A stretch of 64,000 nt of DNA from the NCBI GenBank assembly GCA_951406725.2, contig OX597815.1:91264001-91328000 (forward strand), read 5' to 3'. This document shows, one piece after another, positions 1 through 12,130 of the stretch; the stretch's first letter is position 1, and the number at the start of each line of letters is the position of its first letter. The notes below the pieces were generated by a model. That model was not told the origin of the DNA. It saw only the letters and a program-made list of their open reading frames with translations, and did not search any database. Source of the DNA: Octopus vulgaris. Its lineage: Eukaryota. The translations under genes and the position numbers were made by a program.

Positions 1-814
1 TATTTTATTATCTCTCTCTTTCTCCTCCTCCTATCTCTCTCTCCCTCCTTCTCTCCCTCTCTCTCTCCTTCTCTCTTTCCTTCAATAAATTTGTTTTTTC
101 ATATGCACACACACACACACATGCATACACACACACACATGCACACACACTCACACACAAACACATACACACACATATTCATGCAAAGCTCCAACTCAAT
201 AATAACCCCTAATTGTATGTGCAGGGCAAACACACAATATGCTAGAGTTGTGCACTTTAGTGGAGTGGCTAGGTGGTAACAACTGTGAGAGACCTTCACC
301 TGTCATCAAACAATCATGCTTTCCCTTTGAGGTGCAGTAAAAAGGCAAAAAACATCAACCCTCCTATCATAAGAGATTCTCCTCCTGTCAGGTAAAACAT
401 CTCAGAAATACAGCAGGTACAAGGAAAAGTAGGTATGGTGTGATTATAGACAAGCTAGATGTATGACTGAGAGAAGCTTCAGTCAAACTCCTCTCCAGCA
501 AAAATATCAGTGCAATACCAGCAAAGAATACCAGTTCTTCTGGGTAGGTAACAGTACTGGTTTAAGTGGAGTAGACATTCTGCTTGCTGGAATGTAGGCA
601 GATAATGTGATGAAGGTAGTAAGAGTGGTATGTGACAGGATTAATTGGGGAAAAGTAATAGATATTATCATCACAATTGTAGGCAAAGTAATAGCAAATG
701 TTATCACTGCCTATGTCCCACTATTGTGACTAACTAATGAGCAAAAGAGCTACTTATCATATGTGAGGCTCTCTCATGAACCTCCTCAATAACAGATGAC
801 AGAAACACCCTTAT

Positions 815-1490
815 CCTTGGCTGGCGACTTTGGAGGATGTTGGGCAGCACTGTGATGGCTACTCTGGAATACATAGTAGTTATTTTTATTCTTCTAGAAA
901 TAATGAGGAATCAAGGCTTTTGGTGTTCTATGAAGCAAATGAGTTAACCATTTGCAATATTAACTTCAAGGAACCAAATGCCACTTCTTTACCTTTCAAC
1001 CAGGTAAACTACAAACCAAAAAGTTTTCTTTCAAACAGGAAAACAGTCTTTTTCTGGTGAAAAATGTATCACCCAACATGAACAGAGAACCAAAAAAAAA
1101 AATTGAAAAATAGAAAAAGAAAATCTGGAGAAGCAAGGTGTGGAAACTAAGACATCTCTCTGCTAAATATATGTGCAGAGTGATTCTAGGTGATTGCCAT
1201 AATGGTAAAAAGGAGATACAGGGACCTATAATTTAGTGGACAACAAGAAGTTTCGAACTTGCTAAAAGCTATAGACAAGGTATATAGCTGGAACAAGGTA
1301 TTAATTAGATGGGAAGTAACAGGGTGGTGGTGTACTACCATGGATATGACCATAAAAGCTGAAAGACAGGCCTGGAAAGAATGGAAGAAAGAGGACAGCA
1401 AAATGCAATACCACATCACAAGAAAAGAACCTAGAATTATAAAGATATATAGTGCAGAGGGAAGCCAAAAGAATAAGGTTTGACATCCAG
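815..1490 (+). mobile_element. Decayed RTE-clade LINE fragment (end of APE endonuclease plus linker)
   Basis: Frameshifted translation LAGDF..VGQHCDGYSGIH..RNNEESRLLVFYEANELTICNINFKEP, then WW..MDMTIKAERQAWKEWK. This resembles the RTE GDFNGHVG...RNEEG.RLLEFC..N.L.I.NT.FKK and WW...IKEKR.AWK motifs. Confidence 0.7.
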
Positions 1491-3004
1491 CACTGAGAGG
1501 TTCAGAGGCACAAACCTCTCTCTTTCTTACTCTCTGTTCATCTTACCATCTTTTATTAACTCTCTACTACTTCCTCTTTGTATTTCAGTTTCTCCTTTTA
1601 TATCTCTAGCTTACCCTTGAACATTCCTTGTCTGACTTTGTCACTTAAACCCCAATCTTTCTCTCTACCTTGGTCTCTCTCACTATCACCTTTTTACATT
1701 TAACTCTCTTTTCCCCTTCTCTATAAATGTACCTTTATTTCTGCTTCTCTTCTTACTCTCTCCTCACCCTGCCCCTTACTCTCTCTGTTTCTAACTATTC
1801 GTGATTCTGTCTATGGTTCATTATCCTTTTCCTGTCTTGCACATTCTCTACTCCATCTTTGCCTATCTTTTTCTTTCTTCCACTGCTCTCTTTCTCACTC
1901 TAACTCTTCATTTCTCTCTCTCTTCTTACTCTTTTTCACTCTTTATGTTTCTCTCCCTCTCACTCTCTCTCTCTCTCTCTCTGTGTTGCTTTCTCTCTGT
2001 TTCTCTCTCTCTGTTTTTGTTTCTCACTTTTTTGTTTCTCATTCTGTATCTCTCTCTCTCTCCCTCTCTCTTGCTGCTTCTTCTTTTTCAACCGTTCTAC
2101 TTCCTTTTTTCTTGAACTCATCCTGCTATGAGTTTCTCACTTTCTCTTTCTCTTTAACCACACATTCTTACAAATAAACTCTCTCTCTCACTCACTGTTT
2201 TGTTTTTTGTCTCTTATTCTGCTTCTCTCTCCCCACCCCTCTTCCTCTCTCTCTTACTCTTTCAAATTGTTATCTTTATTTCTCTCTCTGACTCATAGCC
2301 TTTCACTCTAGGTCTGTTTAATTCTCCAACTAAACTCTGACTGACAATAATTCTCCTCAAATGTCAGTGTGCTTTATACATTATAAGCTACAAATATCCA
2401 GTGTTTATTGGAGAAATATCCAATATTTATCATCTGAATTCATCATCTGGATTAATTAAAATTACAATAAATTGGGTTGTCAGATGCACACACACTCTCC
2501 CTAGGGTTTCATCTGCAAAATTATTTTAGAGTAAGACTAAATATATATTCTTATATGGAATTATTTGTTCTATGATGTGTTTTGTAATTATTCTTCATCT
2601 CTTATTGAGAAGCCTGTATCTCTAGATGTTGAATAGCAAGTATCTAGAGGTTATATGCAATTTGATAAAAGAGAATGCTGTTGTCATTATGTCGAAGCCA
2701 ACCACATTGGTACAAAGCTGAGATTTTTCACTTGTTTAATGTTTGCTTTCATTTTTAACACAAATATTATTACAGAATGAAATTAAAATATATATTTTTA
2801 TACAAAGATGACTACTAAAAGATATGGGTTCATTTCTTACCTAGCACTCATATTTAATTCATTTTTGTATATGTACTTAATTTTTATTCACATAAATATG
2901 GGAAAACCTAGACATCATTTATATTAAAACACACTTATATACAGAATTAATTTGCTGAAACAGTTTTATTATTATGGTTCATCCATCTTTATGTTCCCAC
3001 CATA

Positions 3005-3271
3005 GTCAATTTTGCTTTCATCCTTTCAGGATTGATAAAATAAGCACCACTTGAATACTGGAGGTTGATGTAATTGACTTAAATCCTCTTCAAAATTACC
3101 TGCCTTGTACCAAAATAAGAAGCGGTTAAATGCTTAGCAGCATTTCATTTGTCTTCACATTCTGAGTTCAAATTCTGCTGAAGTTGACTTTAAATAAGTA
3201 CTAGTCATGTGTTGGGATCGATGCAATCGACTTGCTCCAACAAATTTCAGTCCTTGTGCCTATAGTAGAAA

Positions 3272-3272
<1 letters not shown>
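3005..3272 (+). mobile_element. Two degenerate fragments of SINE family B
   Basis: gctttcatcctttcaggattgataaaataagcacc and ttctgagttcaaattctgctgaagttgactt match the better copies at 9140 and 51338. Confidence 0.7.
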
Positions 3273-3309
<37 letters not shown>

Positions 3310-3920
3310 GAGTGAGAGAGTAGGGTATGCCATCAAAGTGACACTGGGGTACAAATATATGAAGCCCAATATACCTATCTTGACTACCTGTCTGATAAAG
3401 GTACACCAGGCACATGTATCACAACCATATGCACGCAACATGGTGATTTCATATCCTGATAAACAGCACATGACCTTGCAGGTGGGGCCCTGTTAGAATT
3501 TTCTTCTGGTCGTGTAGCTGATCCCACTCAAAAGCAATCCAACCCAAAAGCAATCCCACCCAAAAGCCATGCCACTCAAATGGAAATGGTCCCTGAATAA
3601 GAGCTGTTTAAGGATGTTGAATGAAGCACTCATGTTTCTAGAGGTAAATTATGGAAGCCCCAAAGAATTCTTCTCAACACATGAGTATAATGCTCCTCCA
3701 TTACTTCCGCTCATGATCGGAGATGCTCATATCATCAGCCACTAAGGGACATGCACAAATGGTTATGGTCCAGCAATTGACAAGCAAATTTGTGGTATTG
3801 AGCAGAGTATTTGCTGTAGTCCATCTTTTATACCAAGACAAAACATGTACACAATAACACGTCCAGTCAGTTAAGATCAGAAGCCATGAGAGCTGCTGCT
3901 TGGTACTGCATCAGGGTATC
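3310..3920 (-). mobile_element. ~610 bp non-coding element inserted in an (ATT)n microsatellite
   Basis: (ATT)n lies on both sides. Its left 22 bp recur at 10468-10489, also inside (ATT)n, which implies a 3' end ...ctctctcactc(AAT)n on the minus strand. Confidence 0.6.
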
Positions 3921-3992
3921 TTATTATTATTATTATTGTTATTATTGTTATTATTATTATTATTATAATTATTATTATTATCATCATCATCA

Positions 3993-4053
<61 letters not shown>

Positions 4054-4326
4054 CATTATTATCATTGTTATTATTATTATTTTGTGGCTCTTCACTCTTT
4101 CTGTACTACCAGTTGCCATCTTTATCTCCTACTTCCCTTTTATCTTATGCTTATTTTCAACCTTGCCCCCACTCTGCTCATCCCTAATCATCTTTCACCT
4201 GCCTCACACACTTACAACTTCTATCCACCCACATTTTCTTTTGTCCCTCACACTGCAACTTCTTTATCAACACTCAAACCATCAAAAGCAAATTAAAGTT
4301 TGAGTAGCACATCAAAAGTAATATAT

Positions 4327-4470
4327 TTAACCCTTTGGCTTTTGGCTTACTCTATCAAATGTAATGCTTACTTATTCATATTGTCTTGAATTAATTATGC
4401 ATTATCTCAAAGCTTTGAGATTTTGATGACGTGATTGCTTATTTTTAAAATGACATTCTACAGTAGGTGT
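4327..4470. mobile_element. Probable one-ended piggyBac-type MITE fragment
   Basis: Starts TTAA-CCCTTT, the piggyBac target plus terminus. No second end is visible. Confidence 0.35.
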
Positions 4471-4720
4471 GAGAGCATTGAAAATAAATTAAGAGCAACA
4501 CAAAGACCTATGGAAAGGAAAATGCTGAAGATTAGCAAAATGGAGAGGTAGAGAAACCAAAGGGTGAGTGGTGATGGGTTTAATGGATAGCATCTATTCT
4601 GAAATGGTCTTTCGTGGGACATGTGTTTTGAAGAAAGGATAATAGAATACCAAACTGACAGAGTGGACACCACATCCAGGAAAAAGAAGGAGGGGAAGAC
4701 CATGCAGAAGTTGGAATTAA
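4470..4720 (+). mobile_element. RTE-clade LINE C-terminal fragment
   Basis: ENKLRATQRPMERKML..ILKWSFVGHV..RKDNR..TEWTPHPGKRRRGRPCRSW. Confidence 0.8.
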
Positions 4721-4733
4721 GACTTTGTTAAAC

Positions 4734-4885
4734 AGGTGCAGGCATAGCTGTATGGTAAGAAGCTTGCTTCCCAACCATATGGTTCCAGGTTCAGTTCCAC
4801 TGTGTGGCTCCTTGGACAAGTGTCTTCTACTTTGGCTGACCAAATCCTTGTGAGTGGATTTGATCAACAGAAACAGAAACTTCTA
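4734..4885 (+). mobile_element. SINE family A, 5' part
   Basis: tRNA-like head (tggtaag...ggttcagttcc) and body match 14047-14448. Confidence 0.8.
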
Positions 4886-5296
4886 TATCATGAGTCTGCT
4901 TTGTGTCCTTGTACAGAGCACTTCATTTCATGTTGCTCCATCTAAAATGAGTACAGGTGACACTTGAGAGTTAACTTTGCATTAGACTCGCACCCTTAAT
5001 GCCTCACAAACCAAGTTAAACTGTAGCTTAATGGTTTTGTAACATAGAGACAGACCAGGTTTTTTTTACTGCTCTCTAGTTTATTTGTCATTACCTGACA
5101 TTAAAAAGTAACTGAAATTATAATTCAAATTATAAAAAGGAAGGAAATATAATTATTGTTTTTTTCTTAAGAAAGAAGCAACAGCTGCAGAGACTTACTG
5201 TTGAGACTGTCACTCTAGAATGGGCAGTCTAGTGAGTCAATCATAAAATATATATTGAAGTGTGACAAGCAGGAAGTGAAACATCTGCCACATCTG

Positions 5297-5940
5297 TCAT
5301 CGTCATCATCATTATCATCATCGTCGTCATCGTCGTTGTCATCATCATCATCATCATCATAAAATGATGGTCACTCCCATATGAGCATTTGAAGGAGAAG
5401 ACTTAAAGTTAAAGAGAGTAATACAAAGAAAATAAATAGTAAGAAGCTGCATCTATTTGCGATGGATATGTGAATGTAATTTGAGTCCAGACATGGATTT
5501 TGCTATGAAGTTGCAAGGGAGCCATTGATGATTTTGTTTTTACCTGGGGTTGAGAAAATGTGTCTGTTGGTTGCAGGATATAGTTCTTTATTGTTTCTTT
5601 TCTCTGAACTCAAATTGTTTGGATGCATCATGACACATTTTACACCATGCAGATCGATCTAGGCAATGACTTTCTCAAGATGTGAAGTCAAGCTGTAGAG
5701 ATTCTAGCGATTGCTTCAACTTATATCTATGAACAGGTCTTCCTTTACCACAATATCCCTCCACATGTTGACCATATAGGAGAATCTTTGGAATGAGGCC
5801 ATTTTTCAGTTGAACAACATATCCTACCCCTCTGCACTGAATTCTCATCAGCATGCTCTAGATTCTGGAAATATCACATTTTTCTAAGATTTTGACATTG
5901 GATCTCTTATCTTGCCATTTTATGTTTCATGTGATGCACA
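5297..5940 (-). mobile_element. RTE (BovB-like) LINE 3' end, distal half of a copy split by a MULE
   Basis: Minus strand reads NIKWQDKRSNVKILEKC..IPKILLYG..GKGRP..DRSAWC, then a C2H2-like PCNFIAKSMSGLKLHSHIH and an (ATG)n tail. Confidence 0.8.
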
Positions 5941-7777
5941 CTACCTGTCCAGTTGAACGAAGTCATTTTGAATGATGTGCATTTTGAGCAATGTCCATTA
6001 AGTGATGTCACTTTGAGCCAAAGAAACTTAGACCAAAGTTGATAAAAATAAAAATATACTACATTTTTTAATATTTTTGTATAAATAATTACACCTTCAC
6101 AATGGTTAAATAGAAAATTATTAAAAATCAACAAATTTTATTATAGAAAGTACTAAAAATTCACAAAATTTAAAATCAAAAACATTAATTATAGAAAGAA
6201 TATAAACTCAAAAAGTAATATTGTAGCCAAAGTGGCTAAGATAATCTGTAATTTCTAAATCTTCTCTTAATCTAACAATGCATTTAATTCTTCTTTCAAA
6301 GTTCACACATTTCCTTTTCATTTGTGCAGGTTCTCCTGAACAAATTCCAAAATATTTTGTCCTTTCTAGGCTCTCTTCCCTTCTTAAATCCTCTATTAAG
6401 AGTCAAACTGTCAGGTGACTACAAGATAGACTGCCTTGGAAAACAGTGTGCCACCCTTCTACAGCATTATTTTTTCACAGGAGAACTATCTGAATTCTGC
6501 TAAACATGGTCTACAATGACATTGAAAATTTAGGCTTTCTTCTACGGTTGTTTACCAATGGGTGGCCAATATAATTATCTTTGAAATAATTGAAAATAAT
6601 GTCAAGATCTTCAACATAATTTTCCAACTCACATACGGCTTGAGACCCTGCTATGACATCGTCTGCAGGGAGAGATGCTGTGAAGGTCATCATTTTGATT
6701 AACATTCAAACATTTAGTTAGTTAGTATATCTTTCTCTTAGATCCTCATTGGTAACCTTTCTCCATATGTTCTGTTCCAAATGGAAGAAGCATCCTGCTA
6801 TACTTGAGTATGGGAATGTGTGTGTTATTACATTTCAAAGTCTATTAAGACGAAGTAGGATCTAACAAAGGTTCTAATTCTTTCAATTTGGTGAATATTG
6901 CTGTGTAACTTTCCTCACATTTATTCATAGGTAAAGCATATATACAAGGTATTACACATTCCTTTATCAATGCATGCATTGTAAAATTTTGTAGGAAAAT
7001 ACTTGGAGCTGTTTTGAAAGTTCCGTTAGCTAACCATTGACAATTGTCTCTCTGCCAGGTAAGACTTTCATTAGTTCCAAAAATTATTATCCTTTTCTCA
7101 TCACTTATACTACTGTGATGAAGAACAAAATTATCGCCCTTGAAAATAGACCTCAGGATTCTAGAAACATGATGGATGCAGCTGATTGAGTGGGTGGAGA
7201 GTAGTTCCCTTCCCCATAGCTCTTTGCCTCACAGATGCAGTACATTTTAATTTTGCTCCTAGTCCAATCTTTGCTGTAAGTTCATTTGGTAAACAAGCAA
7301 TGGCACCCTGGAGTATGCATCTCGGTAGATCATGCATTGTTACAGCAGCTTTGCAAACTTCTTTAACTTTTTCCTCTCTGACTTTAACAAGTCTGGAAGC
7401 ATGCAACTGTTCTCCTTTCTCAGTGCAATATTTATCTTTTTGTATTCCTATGAGGTACTCAATTGTCCTTTACAACCTTTCACTTCACAATCTCATGTAA
7501 TTGTGGTTTGAGTAACTTTATTCTTTCTATAGATGAAACTATTATAGGCTATTTTGCTTTTGCTATGATTCGAAATAATAATGTCCATGATAAGTTAGCT
7601 ACAAATGCTTCTAATAACTTTGAATAACTGATTTGAAAAATATCAATTGCTAACGTCAATAGCAATATATACGCTAGTATATATTTCACTTAAAATTAAC
7701 CTTCGCTGAAAGTACTGTTCGCTCGTAATATTTTGCTCAGAATAAATTTGCTCAAAATGTCAGAATGAATGGCACCG
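5941..7777 (-). mobile_element. Decayed Mutator-like (MULE) DNA transposon
   Basis: Minus strand reads WLANGTFKTAPSIFLQNFTMH..PCIYALPMNK..Y (DGTFK motif with D>N), GCFFHLEQNIWRK (CxxH), YFKDNYIG and NAVEGWH. Inverted ~15 bp subterminal repeats (ttgagc.aa vs tt.gctcaa) occur at both ends. Many stops and frameshifts. Confidence 0.85.
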
Positions 7778-8140
7778 TTACACAAACAGTACATGTGAAA
7801 GGTTTCAGATTTCTTTATATGTCTGTGGTAGAGAGTCCATGCTTCTGCTCCAATCAGAAGTGTGCTCAAAATACAAGATTTGTATACACTTATTTTGGTT
7901 TTCAGATTGATATTGTGTTCATCCCAGAAATGATGGGAAAGTTTTCCAAAATCATTAGTAGCCTTAGATATACTAACATTGATTTTGTCATCAAAAGTAT
8001 TCTTAACGTTTACTGTATTTCCAAAATATTTGAGTTTTCTTGTTGTTTATCATCACATTTGAGTCTTGAGAATGTGCTGCCCCAGGACTTGGTTGGAATA
8101 AAACTTCAGTCTTCTTGATGCAAATAGTCAGTCCAAATGG
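7778..8140 (-). mobile_element. RTE (BovB-like) LINE RT C-terminus, proximal half of the split copy
   Basis: FGLT..IKKTEVLFQPSPG..KLKYFG..SKATNDFGKL..TKISVYKSCILSTLLIGAEAWTLYHRHIKKSETFHMYCL. It continues into NIKWQD at about 5925. Confidence 0.85.
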
Positions 8141-8605
8141 ACTGGTTTAGCGATCTTATGTTTAGTTGGTTTGGTGATGTTATATTTAACTGGTTTAGTG
8201 ATGTTATATTTAGTTGGTTTAGCGATGTTATATTTAGTGGTTCTATTGTTGTTGATTTTATCTCATCTATTACATTATTGCCAATTTTAATCAACTCCTT
8301 CAGATTCTTATCCATACTGACTTTTGGTAAGGGCTCTCTGTCTGTGGTGTCTTGTGCTTTTACCTGTTCCCATTTTCTCTGTATTTCTTCTTTTAGTTCC
8401 AAATATTTCTCCCTATCCATGTCACTGTTTTGTGCTGTTGGTTGTTTTACAGGTTCTTCTATCTCATTACCCACAGAGGGCTCCTCAAATACATCCTCTT
8501 CTTGATTTTCTGTAGCCCCTATTTCTATTTCATTTGTATTTGGTGTTATACAGTGAGATCTGTTGACTTTTTCTTTTATTGAAGTGGTGGAGCATGGTCT
8601 TTGAA
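8140..8605 (-). mobile_element. Dong/R4-type LINE N-terminal fragment with a 24 bp tandem repeat
   Basis: DREPLPKV..K.LIKIGN..LNITSLNQL resembles the pre-RT region of R4/Dong ORFs. The NITSLNQL unit occurs 4 times. Confidence 0.5.
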
Positions 8606-8614
8606 CTTTAAGCC

Positions 8615-9120
8615 TCACAGAAGCAATGACGAGTGATCAAGACCTTTTGCGACATGCTGAGAAGACCCATCAACCCAAGTGAAATCATAGTCGTGACTGA
8701 TGCTGGTGTCATATAACTGGTAACTGTGCGGGTGACATGTAAAAAAACACTTTTCGAGCGTTGGACCTCATGGAGGCTACGTGGCCAATGCCAGTGGCAT
8801 GTAGAAAGCACCTTTCAAGTGTTGGGCCTCACAGAGGCAATGACCGAGACCTTTGGCATTTTGCCATGCTTGAAAAGACCCATCAAGCCAAGTAAAATCA
8901 GAGGCATGGAAGATACTAGCACCACACAAATGGCACCCCTACAGGTGACACATAAAAGCACCCATTAAACTCTCGGAGTGGTTCATGTTAGGAAGGGTAT
9001 CTAACTATAGAAACCACGCCAAATCAGACTGAAGTCTGATGCAGCCTTCCAGCTTGCCAGCCCTGGTCAAACTATCCAACCCATGCCAGCATGGACAATG
9101 GACGTTAAATGATGATGATA
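8615..9120 (+). mobile_element. RTE LINE 3' UTR and tail
   Basis: ctctcggagtgg..ttaggaagggtatc..ccaacccatgccagcatgga..acgttaaat(GAT)n, shared with the RTE copy at 23715-24895. Confidence 0.75.
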
Positions 9121-9139
9121 ATAATGATTAGTATGATTA

Positions 9140-9351
9140 AGGCAGTGAGCTGGCAGAATCGTTAGCATGCCGGGCAAGATGCTTAGCAGCATTTCATCTG
9201 TTTTTACGTTCTCAGTTCAAATTCTGCTGAGGTCGACTTTGCCTTTCATCCCTTTGGGGTGAAGAATTATATACCAGTCATGTACTGGGATTGATGCAAT
9301 CAACAATACCCCTCCCACTAAATTTCAGGCATAGTGCCTATAGAAGAAAGG
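9140..9351 (+). mobile_element. SINE family B
   Basis: Head ggcagtgagctggcagaatcgttagc with box B-like gttcaaattc; core gtcgactttgcctttcatccctttgggg; (ATT)n tail. Confidence 0.85.
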
Positions 9352-9388
9352 ATTATTATTATTATCATCATCATCATCATCATCATCA

Positions 9389-9434
<46 letters not shown>

Positions 9435-9455
9435 CATTATTATTATTGTTGTTGT

Positions 9456-9671
9456 TACCTTTGCACAGCTTCTAACGTTGGAGATGTAATAGTGTCAGCT
9501 GTTCACTGCCAGTGAACTAAGGTAACATCTCTTATTTGTCGAGCACCTTCCGGAGTATTCAAGCAGTTCCAAGCAGTGCTGTTTTCTGCAAGTGCTCCAC
9601 CCTTATTGCAGATCCTTATTTGTTCCACATACTTCTTGTGATTTTTGCTCATTGTTCCCAGGGCTCCGACA
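9456..9671 (-). mobile_element. 5'-truncated Dong/R4-type LINE 3' end in (ATT)n
   Basis: Minus strand reads IVGALGTMSKNHKKYVEQI..(shift)VEHLQKTALLGTA*ILRKVL, a typical R4/Dong C-terminus. (AAT)n lies on both sides. Confidence 0.8.
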
Positions 9672-9692
9672 ATATTATTATTAATATTATTA

Positions 9693-9735
<43 letters not shown>

Positions 9736-9764
9736 TATTATTATCATCATCATCATCATCATCA

Positions 9765-9801
<37 letters not shown>

Positions 9802-9835
9802 CATTGTGATAATGATGATTTGGCACAGACATTAA

Positions 9836-9990
9836 AGGTAGGCAAAGCTGTGTGGTTAAGATGTTTGCTTCCCAACCACAAGAGTTTGAGTACTTTGGAC
9901 AAGTGTCTTCTAAAACCTCAGGCCAACCAAAGCCGTGTGAATGGGTTTGATGGACAGAAATCAAGAGAAATTTGTCATATATGTATGTGT
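9836..9990 (+). mobile_element. SINE family A, degenerate 5' part
   Basis: gctgtgtggttaag..cttcccaaccac..ggacaagtgtcttct..ccaaagcc. Confidence 0.7.
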
Positions 9991-10500
9991 GTGCGCACAT
10001 GTGCGTGTGTGAGTGTGTGTGTTTGCTTGTGTTCATATTTCTTTGTTTATATGTGACCATTCATTGAGTGTAAGTAATGGCTTCACAAACGGTGTTATTT
10101 GCATAGAGTCCACCACAAAAGCACATCCAAGCTTCTTGACATATCTTTACATGTTGCACAGTTTTTGCAGACAAAATGCTTGTTCTGGTATAATTTATTT
10201 CTAGTTCTCCACATAAACATGTCCAAACTGTTTGTTGTTTGGTAGATACAAAGATTATTACCTCAGTTGGAAACAAGTGAGGTGTTGGCTACAGGAAAAG
10301 CATCAACCCATAAAAAACTCTGCCTCAGCATATTCTCATCTGGCCATGCAAGCATAAAAAAATAAGTGTTAAAATGATGTTTTATTATTATTATTGTTGT
10401 TTTCGTTATTATTATCATTATTATTATCATTATTATTATCATCATCATCATCATTATTATTATTATTGAGTGAGAGAGCAGTGCATGCCATTATTATTAA

Positions 10501-10548
<48 letters not shown>

Positions 10549-10887
10549 CCTCTTCTTTCAATTTTGTTTCCATTTGTTGCCAAGTTGTCTTCACGACACC
10601 TTTATTATCATTATTATTTTTATTATTATTATTATCATCATCATCATCATCATTATTATTATTATTGTACTTGTTACTGTTATCTGTTTACGTTTTGGGT
10701 CACCAGGACCCATTCATTTAATACAAAAACATGTTTAAAATAGGTTACAAGATACATGGAGATATTCACCTATGTAGTTATATGAAAACAAGAGGTGGAG
10801 CTAAAATAGTATACAATATAATATGATAAAAAATTAAATACAATAAACTTGTAAATATATACTCATATGAAATATATAAAAAATGGT

Positions 10888-11227
10888 AAGGGTAAAGACC
10901 CCTTTTATCATGAATGACCATGGGACTGCATATAGAAAGTTCTCTTCTGAGGCACAATTCCAGGCAAGGTTGTTTTTGGAAGACCAGCAGTTGCCCATGG
11001 ATACCAGCCTCCCCTCTTCACGTGACTGATGTTATCCAAGGGAAAGGCAAAGCCAATATAGCTTGGCACCAGTGATGTCACAACTCACTTCTGCAGCTGA
11101 GTGAACTGGAGCAACATGTAATAAAATATCTTGCACAAGAACACAACACACAGCCTGATCCAGGAATCAAACTCACTACCTTGTTATTGTCAGCTCAATG
11201 CTCTAACCACTGAGCCATGCGCCTTCA
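10888..11227 (-). mobile_element. SINE family C (tRNA head, CORE-like middle)
   Basis: Minus head gaaggcgcatggctcagtggttagagc..gagtttgattcc. A near-identical copy lies at 40855-41140. Confidence 0.85.
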
Positions 11228-11252
11228 CTATGAAATAGAAATAGAAATAAAT

Positions 11253-11610
11253 CATCATCATCATCATCATTCTCATTTAAGATCTTCTCTCCATACTGGC
11301 ATGGGTTAGACAGTTTGACTGGAACTGGTAAGCAGGAGAGCTGCACCAGGTTTCAGTCTGATTTGGCATGGTTTCTATAACAGGATGCCCTTCCTAATGC
11401 CAACCACTCTGAGAGAGTAATAGGTGCTTTTTACATGCCAATGACATGAGTGCCATTTACATGACACCGGCAGTGACCACAGCTACGATTTCACAGGTAC
11501 CATATACATGACACTGCTAATGGCTATGACTACGATTTCACTTGGCTTGATGAGTATTCTCAAGTGCAGCATATTGCCAAAGGTCTTGGTCACTTGCCAT
11601 TGCCTCCACA
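11253..11610 (-). mobile_element. RTE LINE 3' UTR fragment
   Basis: (CAT)n followed by ggcatgggtt..ggatgcccttcctaatgccaaccactctgagag, the reverse of the RTE tail. Confidence 0.75.
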
Positions 11611-12130
11611 AATACAGGTAGCACACCCACATACAAGTGAGACGCTGCTACCTAGGTTGATTCAGGATACCCTGTTACATTGACTTACCTTTCACTTCTG
11701 ATATTAGGAACCCAAAACTCCTGAGAGTACTTATGAGCCATTCTCAGTGTTGAACAAAGCTTGAATCTTGCAACATTTTCTGAGTAGTTCGCACATAGTC
11801 ATTAGTACTTAAAGAATGATAATAAAAGACATAGGCCAATTAGTGACCAAACCCCCAAAACTTAGACAGAGACACAGCAAAAAGAGTATTGCCTTAATAG
11901 GCACTAAACAGATATAATAATCATTAGAGTCAATACAAAAGAAAGGTACAAAAACAAAATAAAACATTGTACATATGACCCAGAGAATTCAGTTTTATTT
12001 CACAGTGTAAATATGTGATAAAAAGTTTAGATTATTGTGAAAAGGTTATCTCTTATCATTTATCTTTTATTTGTTTCAATCATTAGACTGCAAGCATGCA
12101 GGGGCACTGCCTAGAAAAGTTTTTGGTTGA

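Noticed and set aside
7047-7064. Recursive-splice-like tctctctgccag|gtaaga on the plus strand
   Set aside because: It lies in the antisense of the MULE transposase, which shows that such motifs arise by chance.
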